From Monocercomonoides exilis PA203 (taxonomy: Eukaryota; Protista; Preaxostyla), in assembly GCA_001643675.2 (NCBI GenBank), contig LSRY02000030.1:930001-994000 (forward strand): a DNA stretch of 64,000 nt, read 5' to 3'. Below, one piece after another: positions 1 through 12,900 of this stretch; positions within the stretch are counted from its first letter, which is position 1, and each line of letters starts with the position of its first letter. Both the position numbers and the translations under genes were made by a program. Under the pieces are notes generated by a model. That model worked only from the letters and a program-made list of their open reading frames with translations. It searched no databases and was not told the DNA's origin.

Positions 1-1
1 A

Positions 2-538
2 TCTGAAAAATTGCTGCTTTTGCTGCCAATCAACGAGAATGCAAGGGAGATTGTGATGATGCCATCGATGTTGACTGGGGTGAAGGAGTTGGACGATGGG
101 AGAGAGAAGATATTAGAAGCAGCACAGCAGCTGCTGGATGCGATTAAGAACAGAGAAGGAAGTGAGGCAGTGAATGCGCTGATTAAGCAGCTGATGCAGG
201 TGACGAAGCGGCAGTTTGACGAGGAAGAAGGGACGATGGCGAAAGTGGAAGGGCAGATGGGAGAAGAAGCGATCAAAGAGCACAAAAAGGAGCATCTGCT
301 GTTGAGGCAGCGAATGACGTTGATTGGCGACCAGATCAAATCGAGTGACGAGGCAGCGTCGTCGACAGGGATGCACATTTTGACGTCGCTTTTTGATGCG
401 CATTTCACAGACGATGATGTTGTGTTTGGGGAAGTGCTGCTGGCGAACGGGACAAGCTCTGTGTTGGGCGTGTCTGTCAACATGGATCCATCATCATCAT
501 CTTCTTCTTCTTCCTCTTCTTCTTCTTCTTCGTTGTAA
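2..538 (+). CDS. 3' end of a gene starting upstream of the window; C-terminal hemerythrin-like domain plus poly-Ser tail
   Basis: Frame is open from the window edge to TAA. The pattern TGVKELDDGR...QFDEEEGTM...EHKKEH...FDAHFTDDD follows the hemerythrin spacing (G-x-x-x-I-D-x-x-H, HF-x-x-EE-x-x-M, H-x-x-x-H, H-x-x-x-x-D). Confidence 0.65.
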   Translation, partial: SEKLLLLLPINENAREIVMMPSMLTGVKELDDGREKILEAAQQLLDAIKNREGSEAVNALIKQLMQVTKRQFDEEEGTMAKVEGQMGEEAIKEHKKEHLLLRQRMTLIGDQIKSSDEAASSTGMHILTSLFDAHFTDDDVVFGEVLLANGTSSVLGVSVNMDPSSSSSSSSSSSSSSL

Positions 539-1990
539 TCTTTCGATTACAATAAATAAGGAATGGATTCATTCAACACAAACTTATTAATACAAAATAA
601 TATCTCCATTTTTGCATATTATTTTAAAAAATAAATAAAAGTTTTGATATTTTTCAGTCAGATTTTCCATTCCCTTTCAAATTCCTCATTCATTTAACAT
701 TTCAAATATGCAGTTGTGTATGTTTTATTCTGCATGTAGCTTACTCAAATCCCTTTTTTTAATAAAATAAGATTTTTTTCAGTTTTATTTTGTTTTGTTT
801 TGTGTTGTGTTGTGTTGTTTTGTTTTGTTTTGTTTTTATTTATTTGATGGAAGTATGCAATCACTCTGTTCTCCTATGCATTTCTTCATTCCTCTCGTTT
901 TGTATTGCTTGTCTGCTTGTGTTAGTCTTAGAGAAAGCCAAATAAAAATATTGTTTTCATAACATTGTCGGTGTTATGCTTTAATAATTGTTGAAAAGTC
1001 ATCAAAAAATATTTTTTTTTCTTTCTTTTTTTCTTTTTTTTTTATGAATATTTATTAAAAGTATGTTTTGTTTCGTTTTTCTTCAAGTGTTTCAGCACTT
1101 CTATTACTTTTGACATATGTTTTGTTTTGTATGTTTTATTCACCATTATTAAACATATTTAACTTTTTTTCATCAAATTCTGAGCCGAAGAAATGCAATT
1201 GCTTTGCATTATGCAATTCATTAACAAGAAATTGTTCTTATCTTTTTTGCCATTATTGCCATAGATATTGTTGTTCCTATATAATTCTTTGGGTGTATTT
1301 TGTGTTGTTTTCACTGAATTCCCAACGAAATTTCCAACCACCTCCTTTTCTCTCTCTCGTTATTCTTCTCTGTCTGCCCATGTATGAATGATTCAGTTGG
1401 CAAATGAATGCATAAAGTTTGCATTCCTTTTTGAGTTTTGTTGTCTATTTTCTTTCATTTCCTATTCTTTTTTTTTTTTAATTTTTAATTTCATTCTCAA
1501 ATCTGCCACTTGTCCCTTTTGTTTGAAGTTTGTGTGAAAACTTGATAAAGTTTCAGTTTTCAAAGAATTAATTAGAAAAACAAAAATTGAATCCTTTCGC
1601 ATGTTTATTATTGTTTCACATTGAAATATCAAATAAAAAAAAAAAATAAATAAATAATTTTATTTCTTTTTTTTTTCCTTTTGTGAAAAGAATTTCTGTT
1701 ATTCATTAAAGAAAGATTATGAAACTTCAACGTTCATTCCTCTTACCACTTATAAAAAAAACTTGTATTTTTTTCATCTCAATTCATTTATAAAACAAAT
1801 ATTTTTTCTATGAAATTCAGATTTTTTAAATGTTAATATCCAAAATTTTATTTATCAATATTTGTTTTATTGGCTATCATATTTATATTTTCTTATGAGT
1901 TGAAAAGAAGATGAAAATAAAAAAAAACAAGGATGAAAAATATATGTATTTATGGGACATTTGATTAACTTTCCCTTAATTGCAAAAAGA

Positions 1991-2673
1991 ATGATAGTTT
2001 TGTTTTATTTTTTTGTTTCTGCTGCGTTTTGCAGGAGCGAAAGTGAGCGTTCGTATTGCAAAGCGAATGGATTTGATTCAGGGGTGCTTGAATGCTCAAC
2101 ATGCAAGCTTGTTGAAACATACACCGAGGATAAGGAATTGACTGAAATTTGCCGAAAGTGCTGCAATAAATTCAAAATTGTATGCTCAATTGAAAAAACA
2201 TTGTGATCGTTTTTAATGATTGTTTTTTCGTAATTTTCATGAATTTGTGAAATCAGGAAAAGCATCCAAAAGCATTATTTGAATACGATGAGCAACGCAT
2301 CACTTCAGAAGTTTGCCCCTTTTATCCTTTTATCAATATGTTTTTTGAATTATTTCACTTTTTATTATTGTTAAGTTGTGGTCATTCGTTCAAAATGAAG
2401 CTCCAAAGATTAAAAACTTGCAAGTGAGGGTTTGCACAATTCAAATTTGTTATCTTTAAATGTTTATTTTCATATGTTAACAGACGAGAGCAGGGGCAAT
2501 GTGCGAATTGACTTTATTTGATGGATCAGGAAATCCTGTTGATCAGTTCAGTATCATTGAATGGAAGTTTGTTTTTATTTTTTGAACTTTAGGTTTTTAT
2601 TAAAGCATATTGTTTTCAAAACAGCACCCGCGATGTTCTAGAATTTTTAGGGGATAAATTAAACAGAAACTAA
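1991..2673 (+). CDS. SELENOF: Sep15/selenoprotein F-like ER protein, 5 exons (1991-2179, 2257-2310, 2376-2429, 2484-2566, 2625-2673)
   Basis: Hand splicing at GT-AG sites gives a continuous frame: signal peptide, CKANGFDSGVLECSTC...CRKCC (Cys-rich Sep15 domain), then KALFEYDEQRI...WSFVQNEAPKIKNLQVRTRAGAMCELTLFDGSGNPVDQFSIIEWNTRDVLEFLGDKL, colinear with the Sep15 thioredoxin-like domain. Confidence 0.85.
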
Positions 2674-3936
2674 AAAAAAAAAAATTCAGTCGAGAACAAG
2701 AATCTTTGATTACATCTTTAAAAATTGAAAATTTTTTCTTCAATAAATTTTTATGTGAACAATTCACTTTTTGCTTGTTATTATTTCCAATTATTATATA
2801 AAATTATTGAGATTGCGTTTATTTATCTTTTCTTTTAAAAGACTTGAGATCCCACAAAAAATATATATGTATAAATATATTTGCATTTGTTAAAAATTCT
2901 ACAAAAAAATCAACATTACAACATTCCGATTTGATACCTATATTTCGTTCATTCTAAAATGGACCAAAGGAGCATAAATAATCTCTCAATCTCTCTTTCA
3001 TTTTAGAAAACCAAAAAATCACTTGGAAAAAATTTTTCGAAAAAAATCCCCGTTTTTCAATAATCCAGGAATATTGGAATTCCGAATATAACAAAAACAA
3101 AGACTTCACATTGAAATTCTCATTCTTTTGCAGAACAAAAAAGTCAAATTAAATTTTCACAAAATATTTGACAAGATATTTGAAAAAAAAAAAAAGTCAA
3201 AAATCAAAAGCATTCAAACTACGATATATTTTCAATAATAAATTGATATTTTTCTTTATGTTTCAAAATTTTTGAAAAATGAAATGCAATTCTTTCATTC
3301 ACGAAAAATACAACCATGTGATCCAAAGTATTTTATCAATCACGTCATAAAAAGAATTGCATTCCCAAGCAAAAATAAATTTTTTTTGACAATCGGAAAA
3401 TATGATATATCTAAGCAAAAATTGTGTGGAACAAAATTTAAAATCCAAATATTTAGTCACTTTGTGACTAAATTTTCTGTTTAATGAAAAAATACTAAGA
3501 CTTGTTCCAAAATTATTCAGATATCATTTCTAAATAAATCTGCCATAACATTTGGGAAGAAATTTTTTACTTTATGAATCTTGTTCCACTCAATGATTTC
3601 TTTCATTTTTCAAAATTTTTTATTATTTTCATAATTATAATGCGTGGGAGTGTAGAACTTTTAATGATTCGATGGAGAAAAAAATTGAAACAAATTTGAG
3701 TCTTTTTTCATAAATGAAAAAATTTCGCCCCATTTAGAAAATAAATTCTTAAAAATCTAAAATAAAGTTAATTATTTGAAAATATGGTGTGGAACAAAAT
3801 TAAAGAAAAAAGTTTTCCCCTCCTCCACTCCCCCCTTTGTCAAAATGTATCCCTAAATTTAATTTTTGCTCCCATAATAAAAAATATATTTTTTTCAAAA
3901 AGAATAATCTAATTTTTTTGTTGACACAGAACGAAA

Positions 3937-6900
3937 ATGTTGTCAGGAGTGGGGATGCCTGTTTTCAGTGTATTTTTTCTTTGTGTGAATCTTGTTGCAA
4001 CCACCGGAGACTCGAGCTGGATTGGAGAAAAAATAGAAAAAGAAGAAATGATTAAAGTGGATAGAAATATGCTTCAGATAAACAAATATCCTTCAAATGA
4101 TGAATTAAATAATAATATAGAAGATGGTGGAAGATTGATGGAAAATAAAAAGAGAAGTGAAATTGAAGGAAGAGATTTTATCAAAGATGATGAAAAAAGC
4201 AAAGAAGAATATGGAAGAGAAATTGGAATTTTGAAGAAAGCTGACATTTGCCAATTCAGTGAAATTGAGGGTTGCTTGGAATGCTTCAATTCATCGGTCA
4301 TGGAAATGGGCTTGGTTGTGAGAGAAAAAGGAACAAAAAGGATTCTCATTGCGAAAAAAGGAAGCATTATTTCGATGAAAAAGTGCATTCTTTTTGTTGA
4401 GAAACATTCTTCGCCGATAGAACTGGACGGGAGTTTTGGGTCATTTGTGAACATTTCAATTCAGCCAAATGTTGAAGGATTGAATGAATTTCCTCCTCTT
4501 TTCACTTCTGGACAGTTTGACAATGATATTTCAAAGTCATCCATTATTTCGTTGGGTGAATCTCATTTCTCGTCTTTTTGTGTGTCATCGACCCCGTTCC
4601 TTTCATCACCATTCATTCCTTTTGTTTCCCTCTCCCAACTCACTTTTTTCAATATTTCATCAGCACCTGATTCGTGCTCATCTCCAACCACAACATCAAC
4701 CCAAACCACTTGCATGATGAGCAGCTGTTTATTTTCTTCTGTTTGTGATGCATATGATGGCGGGATTGTTCCCTCTCTGAACAACCCCTTGGCTTCCTTA
4801 ACTGTTTCAAACACCTCGTTTGTTGGATGTTATCGGACAAGGAATGTCAATGTCAATGGAACAGAAGGGAATCTGTCGAAACAAGAGAGAATAAAGATCC
4901 TTGACAACGGTGTGAATTCATTTGTTTGGTGCGAATGGAATGGATCAAAGACAACAGGATCAACGGGAGATTATGCTGATGATGCTTCTAATGGAGGAGC
5001 AATTCAAATGTTCAATCGAGGAAATGGAATTCTTTCCGTTTCTCATTGCTCTTTTAATAATTGTTATGCTTTTTACGCTGGAGGAGGAATAATGTGCCAT
5101 GGAATTAATTCTGTTGAATTTGTGAACAACACTTTCGACTCATGTCATGCGCAAAATCGATATGGAGGAGGGGCTTTCGTTTATACGATTTCAACATGTG
5201 TTCAGATCAGTGGATGCAACTTCAGAAATTGTAAAGCAAATTATGACGGAGGAGGGCTCTTTCTCGAATCTTTTCAGATTTGGGGATCAAATTGCATTGA
5301 CGCAGACAGCGGAAGAGGAGAGAGTGCGTGTGTGTTTGACTGCAGTTTTTCTTTATGCTCACTTTCTGGTTCATATGGTGGAGGCATGTGGGTATATAAA
5401 TTTCCTTCTCAGTTCAAAATTAGGAGCATTCAGTTTTTGTCATGTTTCGTATCGTCATATGGAGGAGGCATGAGCTTCAGACCGGAAAAACAAGATGATG
5501 GGATTTATTGTTATTTTTTGTTCTTTCACGAATGCAAATGCTCTCCAAACACTCCATATGGGCATGATATTGATTTCGTTGATTTTAACAATTTGTATTT
5601 ATCGTCAATTAATCCATTCTTTGAATGTTACACAACAAATACAGATGATAAAAGAGTGTGCTATACGTTTAATTCATCCGGTTCCTGGGCATATGAACAA
5701 ACATCGAAAAAAGATTGGCTGAAAGACAAGACAACATATGTTTCTGTGAATGGGAATGATGCTTCTGAGTTGTGTGGGGTTAATGAATTAAATCCATGTT
5801 TGACAGTGAAGAAAGCGTTTGAGATGTGTGAAGTGCAGATTAGCTTGTCAGTCACGCTGATGGAAGGGAATCACACAAGCGAGGTGACAACAATTGAGAT
5901 TGGAGAAAAGAAGATTTCGGTCATTGGGATAGGCATAGAGAAGAGTTCGATTGGAACAGGAGCCCTTTCATCAACTGGAGCGCTGTTCAGTGCGACAACA
6001 GGCCAACTTGGTTTATTGCACATGAAGGTTGATTGCAACTCAAATGCAAGTCCTTCGCCGAGTGTGGTTTTTGTGTCTGATGGGAGTGGGTCACTTTCGT
6101 TGGAGGATGTTGTGATTACCACGAGCAATATTGGAGAATATATGATATCTTCTTCAGTGTTTGTGGTGCCGCTGTTACAGCTGTCGATGGTTGGTGTGGA
6201 GATCAAGAATATGAATGTCTCAAAATCATTGTTCACTGAACCTGCTTTGTCTTCTTCTTCCTCCTCCTCATCTGCCCTGTTTTTGACAGCCACTTCATCT
6301 GGAGAGAACATGATTGCGAACTTGACGGTGACGAATGTGAAGTTGATTGAAGGAGATGGGGTGGTTGTGGCAAAGAGTGTGGCAGAAGGGGAGACATTTG
6401 TTGTTCAGAATGTGACAGTCGAGGATTGTGAGTGCAAGAATGGCAGTGGTGGTGGGGTCAAGGTTGAGTTGGAAACAGACACAAGCAAGCTTCAGGTTGA
6501 AACATCAACAGCAATCAAGAGATGCACAAGTGGAAAATATGGAGGAGGGATGATGTTGTATCTGGCTGACAACTCAATTGACTTCTCGATTGTGTCAGTT
6601 GACTTTTCAGGGTGTTCTGCTTCATTGGGGGGGAATTATGTGTTTGTGAATGGGAGCAATTCAGCGAGCTGGGGAATAACAACAGAAAAGCTGAATATCC
6701 AACATGACGATTCAAAATACGATGAGCTGGTGGGATATGATCGGAGCGACACAACGATGGGGCTGTTCCCACTGAATGTGTATTTGGACAGATATCCAGA
6801 TGCAGCACATGTGGGGAAGGGGAAGGATGGGCTGGGTGGATATGACTCGTGGTTCTGTGGATTTGACTATTATCCGTGTGCCACTATCACCCATGCAGCG

Positions 6901-9900
6901 CGGGTGAGATATGCAGACACAAACAAGAAGATCGAATTGGATTCGGGATTTGAGCTTGCTGAGGCAGTTGGAATGACAGATGGCCATGAATGGGAGATTT
7001 CATGTGCAACAAAAGGGATGGAAGTTGGGGTGAAAGCACAAGAGAATTTTGAGTCATCTTGTCTGATTGAGGTTCAGAGCAAATGTTCAATGAGAAACAT
7101 CAAGTTCTGTATTCCATCTGCTCTATCTGGTGCATCATCATCATCTCTGATTTCATCCAACTCCACACTCCTCACACTCACTGACTGTTCTGTTGTTTGT
7201 TCCTCTGAGAATTCCATTGGATATTGTTTTGTGAATGTGATTGGGGGAAAAGTGAAAGTGGAGGGATTGGTGATCAGAGAGACCTTGAGATTTGGAGAAC
7301 ATTCAGTGATTGAGTTTGGCGAAGGGGTGGAATCAGTTGTGTTTTGTGGGTGTGAGGTGAATAACATTGAGAAGAGAAGTGGAGATGGGGGATGGGTGAG
7401 TGGAGTGGTTGGGGCAGAGAGAGATGAGGGGAAGAATGGGATAATTGTGATTGAGTCGTGTGTTGTGAAGGGGTGCAGGTGTGTTGGTGGAAGAGGAGGT
7501 GGGATGAGTGTTGTTGTGAAGGGGGAAGGGAGTGTTGTTGTGAATGGGAGTTGTGTGATTGATGGGTGTGAGGCGAAGGGTACAGGGGAGAGTTCAGATG
7601 AGAGAAGTGAAGGGAGAGGGGGAGGGATGATGATTGTGATGGAGAGCAGGGATGGTTCAATGAAAATGGAATCGGGAAGAGAGGGTTTGTTTGTGTTTGG
7701 GGAGAATAACAAAGCTCAATATGGGAAGGATGTGTTTGTTGAATGTGGTGGAGGAGTGTTGTTGGAATCGAAAGTGAATGGGAGTTCATTTTCATTTTTT
7801 GATTCAAGTGTGATTCCAACAGATGTGTTGAAGCTGTGTGGGAGTGAGGATGGGAGAGAAGGGGAAGTGATTCCGCTGTTTGTGTATTTGTGTTCAATTG
7901 GGACAAAGCTGAGAGTTGATGGGAGAGGAGAGAGAGCACTGGATCAGAGCCATTGTGGGTTTGAGGAGTTTGGGTGTTTGACGATTGACTATTGTGTGAG
8001 TCAGAGAGCAGGCAGCAATGTGAATGAGATTGAAGTTATCTCAGAATCATGGATAAAGAATGAGATAAAAGTGGTTTCATTTGAGGTTCGTGTTTCAGGG
8101 AAAGAAGAAGAGATGAAGGTGTTGGTGAGGGATGAAGGATCGATAAATCAAAATAACCTTATTGAGTGCACAAAATTATTTGAGATGAGATATTTGGCAT
8201 TTGTGTTGAATGAAGAAATGAATGGGAAGAGAAGTGCATTTATCCACTCCTCATCATCAACCATCACAATGATCAGCTGTTCAGTCACATTTGGAAATGA
8301 TGAAATGATTGGATACAATGTGATTTGTATTGAGGGAGGAGGGCTGGTTGTGAATGGGTTTGTGATGGAAGGGGGAGTGAGAATGAGTGTGAAATCTTTA
8401 ATTGTTGTTTCGAATGGAGATGAATTGGAGATGAATCACAGCCGAATGAGTGAAGTGGAAGTTGTTGGTGGAATTGGAGGAGGAGGAGGATGTTTGAATG
8501 TGGAGATGGGTGTGAATGGGGTTGTGAATATTGAAGGATGCAATTTGTCATCAGTGTGTTCAGGGGGGAGTGGGATGAAAGGGGGAGGGATGAAGATATC
8601 AATTGGGAAGGGAGGGAGTTTGGAAATGAAAGGAGTGAAATTATCAGGATGTGAAGTGCCATCAGAGGATGGAGAGGATGGAGGGAGAGGAATGGGAGGA
8701 GGGATGTTTGTTGAACTTCCCAATCAAATGGGAACATTTGTGATGGAAGGGATGGAATTTGAGGGATGCAATGCTTGGAAAGGGAAGAATGTGTTTGTGT
8801 CAGGATGGGATCTGAGTGAGATTGTGAATGAGAAGCATCTGAAATGGGAGATGAATTCAGAGGAGTTGAAGTCATTGGATGAGTTGTGTGGATGGGAGAG
8901 GAAGTCAACAGGAGAGGAGGGATATGTGATTCCACTGGTTGTGTATTTGTGGAGGAACTGGAGTGGGGATGGGTTTGTTTCAAGGGAGAAAGGAGGAGAC
9001 TTCAGTGGGTGCGGATATTCAGAAGCACCATGTTCATCGATTGACCACTTGGTATCACTTCGATATCCAACACTTGGAGAAGGGGAGACACATATTGCGA
9101 TTGTGGGGTCAGGGTTGCTGAGTCATTCCATTTCATTTTCTTCTTCATCTTCTTCTTCTTCATCAATTTCAGAGTTACCAAAAGTGGTGATTGAAGGAAC
9201 AAAGAAAGGGACAGGAGTGACGATCAGTGATGAAGATGAGAATGATTTGTCTGATGGTTCAATGATCTCCTCGAATGTGAGTCTGTCATTTGTGAATGTG
9301 TCATTCACCAAGCCAGCCATCACAACCAATCATGAAGTGTTGATTGAATCCTCTGGAGCAAACACATTATTGTCAGTTTCAGATTGTTCATTTGGCCCAG
9401 GGAGAGGGGTGGCAGAAAGTTTTGGATATTGTGTGATGAGAGTGAATGGAGGGAGTGTATTGATTGAGAGGTGTTCGTTGAGTTTGATTTCAGAGCTGAA
9501 AGGGTTGATTGCGTTCAGCCCAAGTGCAGTTGAGGTGACACTTCAGAATGTGAACATCTCATTTGCCGGAGCGAAAGAAAGAAGCCTGATTTCGATGATG
9601 GAAGAGGAAAACCAGATGAATGGAGAAAAGAAGGCATTTTCAAATGGGAACAGACCAGTTTTGAGAGTTGTTGGGTGTTCATTTGCGAACATCACGAATG
9701 AAGGGATTGGAGCGAGTGTTGTTGATGTGGGATCATTTGAGAATGGAGTGGAGTGTGTGATAGATGAGTGTTCGATGTCAAGCTGCAAGAGTGGCTTGAG
9801 CGATGAAGGAGGGGGAATGAGAGTGGTGCTGAAGAGTGGGGAATCAGTGTTGAAAGTGAATGGGAGCTCGTTTTCGATGTGCAAGTGCTCGGGTGAAACA

Positions 9901-12900
9901 GGGTGTGGAGGAGGGCTGTTTATTGATGGATCAGACCCACATGCGAATTATGGAAATGAAAGTCCGATTCCACCTCTGAATTTCAAGATTGTGAACATCC
10001 TGTTTGTGATGAATGAGGCGCATGTGGGGAAAGACATATTTGTCAGATGCCACTCGATTGCTCACCAGATCAACGAAACACTGTTTGCGCTGAACTACAA
10101 CCAGGAGTCACTGAACTCGAACAACTCGATCTGTGGGAGGGATGTTTGGAGCGAGAAAGATATTGATCTGATTCCGCTGATTACATGCTATTATTCGGCA
10201 CAGGTATTTGTGAGTGGTAGAGGGAGTGATGGGAGGGGATGTGGGGCACAGAGCAATCCGTGTGTGAGCATCGACTGTGGGGTTGGCCACATCGAGGAAG
10301 GGGTGATGAATGGGATTCTGATTGATGTGGAAGGGTTTGTGAGGAAGGAGTGTGTGATTGGGGACCTGGTTGTGAACTCATTGAAAAAGACACAGGGGAT
10401 TGTTCGATTGAACTGCAAGATTGAGAAATCAGGTGAGAAGGATTGTGTGATGGAGTTTGTGAATGAATGTTCAGTGGAGAGGTGCTCATTCCAGTTTGAA
10501 GATGGATTTGAATCGACTCACAATTGTCTCATGAAAGTGAAGAATGGTTCAATGGAGATACAGAAATGTGAATTCTTCTCTTCTTCAATTGTAGTTGAGG
10601 ATATGAAGTTGAACAGTTCAATTGTGAGTGTGGAGAGTGGAGAGCTGAAGATATTTGATTCAACGTTCAGGGATATTCATACAACAAGATCAGTGCTTTC
10701 ATTCCATGAAGAATCGGATGTGATGATTGATGAAACAAGATTATTGAATATCGAATGTGAGGGAGATGTTGTGAGTGTTGGAGGGAAAGCGAAAGTGGAG
10801 ATGAAAGAGATGGGAGTTGTGAATGTGACTGTGTTGTTAGAGGGGTGTGTGATTGTGATCGATAATGCCGAACAAGAGGTGAGTGTGCTGAACAGCTCAT
10901 TCGGAAAGTGTGTGAATTCTGTTGATAAGGGAAGGATGATGCAGATCAGGAATTCCAAGAATGTGAGGGTTGAGGCATGTGTGTTTGATGGAGAAAGAGA
11001 AGATGAAATTGTCAAGGAAGAAAACAATAGAAAAGAAGGATTATGCAAATGGAATGGGTCATTGGTTGATGTTGAGAAGAGCAAGGTGGAGATGAGGGAA
11101 ACAACAATCAGAAATAGCAAGGGAGGAGGGCTGTGGGTGAGTGGAGGGAGTGTGAGGATTGAAAATGGAAAGTTTGAGAATAACAACGCATCGATTGAGG
11201 GATATCCATCAGCTCGAAGGAATGCGATTTGTGAAGGGAATGGGGGGTTGAATGTTGTGAGTGTGAAAGGTGGAGATGGAATGTTGCCAAACACATCATT
11301 GTGGATATTGGATGAGGGATGCGAATTGGGAGGGATAGCAACTGAAAGAGGATCATCATTTTTCATCCCTGTTTTGGAAGAGGTGAAGAATGTTTCTCAA
11401 CAAAATGGAGATGCTGAGTTGATGATTGTGGGAAAGCTGCTTCTGCCATGTGATTTGTCAGTGAAGATGAGCATGAAAAATGGAGATGAAGAGGAGATTG
11501 TGAGAAAGGGGATTGAAGAAGAAGAGTTTGTGTCAGAGAATGAGATTCACACATTTATTTCATCTTCAGAATGGGAGAAAGTGAGAGACGAGACAGAAGT
11601 GAGTGTGTGGATTGTGTTTGGGAAAGGAGATTCTCCATCAGCAACTGAGTCATTCATTGTGAAGAACAGGAGTGAAAGTGTTGGAAAAGGAGAAGAAAGG
11701 ATTGTTGAAGGAGGGAAAGAAGGGAAATCATCATGGTCTGCAATAATTGCGATAATATTCGTTATTTTGTTTTTGATTGTTCTGATTGTATCTGTCATTG
11801 TGACTATTCGTTGGAGAAAGGCAAAGAATGAGAATAAAGATCTGAGAGAGATTGTGAATGATACAGTGAGAAAGGATCCGAAGGCATTCGAGATGGTGAC
11901 GATGGAGATGTCTCCAGAGGAGCAGTGGAGGAGAGCAGAGAAAGAGGCAGAGAAGAAGAATGATGAGAGGATAAAGAAAAGAATGTATGAGACGAATATG
12001 CAACATTCAGTGTCATCAGAGCATCTTCTGTCTGAGAGTGGATCAACTGAATTCATTCTGGGAAAAGACTCAGATAAGATTCCTCAATGGATGCTGGAGA
12101 AAGTGGATGAGAAAGAAGAAGAAGAGACAAGAAAGAGAACACCATCACCATCAATTTCATCAACTTCAACAACTGATTCATCAGATTCAGATTCATCATT
12201 TGTTCGATCGGAGAGTCTGTGCCCAACCACTTCATCGATGTCTAATCTGGTGGATGCGATGGCCTGCTCATCCCCTCATGAGAAGCTGATTGTGGATCTG
12301 AGGGATTCGCTGTTCATGTTGCTTCACGGGAGTAATAAGACAAAAGAGATGGCGATAGGTACTCTGCAGGAGAGGGAGCAGACAGCTGCCCAAATCCTGT
12401 TCTGGGTGGCTAATCTCGCGCTCCACTCCTTTGATGAAATGGAAAATGGATTATCTTCTCTTTCCACTCTGAGTCCTCACATTGTTTTGTTCTCCGAGCA
12501 CATGGTGATCTGCATTGTCATACATTCTGATCTCCTTTCTTCTGATGATTCAGACTCATCATCCATCTCTTCATCGACCGTTGTGACATCTGCCAGCGAT
12601 GATGATGATGATGAGGATTCTCTGCCATCATCTGCGTTTGAGGATGAGAGCCTTTTCAAAAAAGAGTGCCTGAGGTGGAAGGCGCCAGAGCTGCAGATGA
12701 ACAAGAAGATGGGAGCAACGAAGGAGTCAGTTGCTTTTTCGATTGGGATGATGTTGTGGGAGTGTTTGACATTGGAAATTCCGTTTGGAGAGTATGAAGG
12801 GGAGGTGGCAGGGCAGAAGATTGTGAATGGGGAGAGGCCAAGTGCGAATGAGGGAAGAGGGAGTCCGTTGATGAATTATGCTGAGATGTGCCTGTCAGGT

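Noticed and set aside
3420-3800. Repeated TGGAACAA/TTGTTCCA motifs upstream of the receptor gene as a regulatory array
   Set aside because: Too short and degenerate; more likely a decayed MITE whose ends I could not define.
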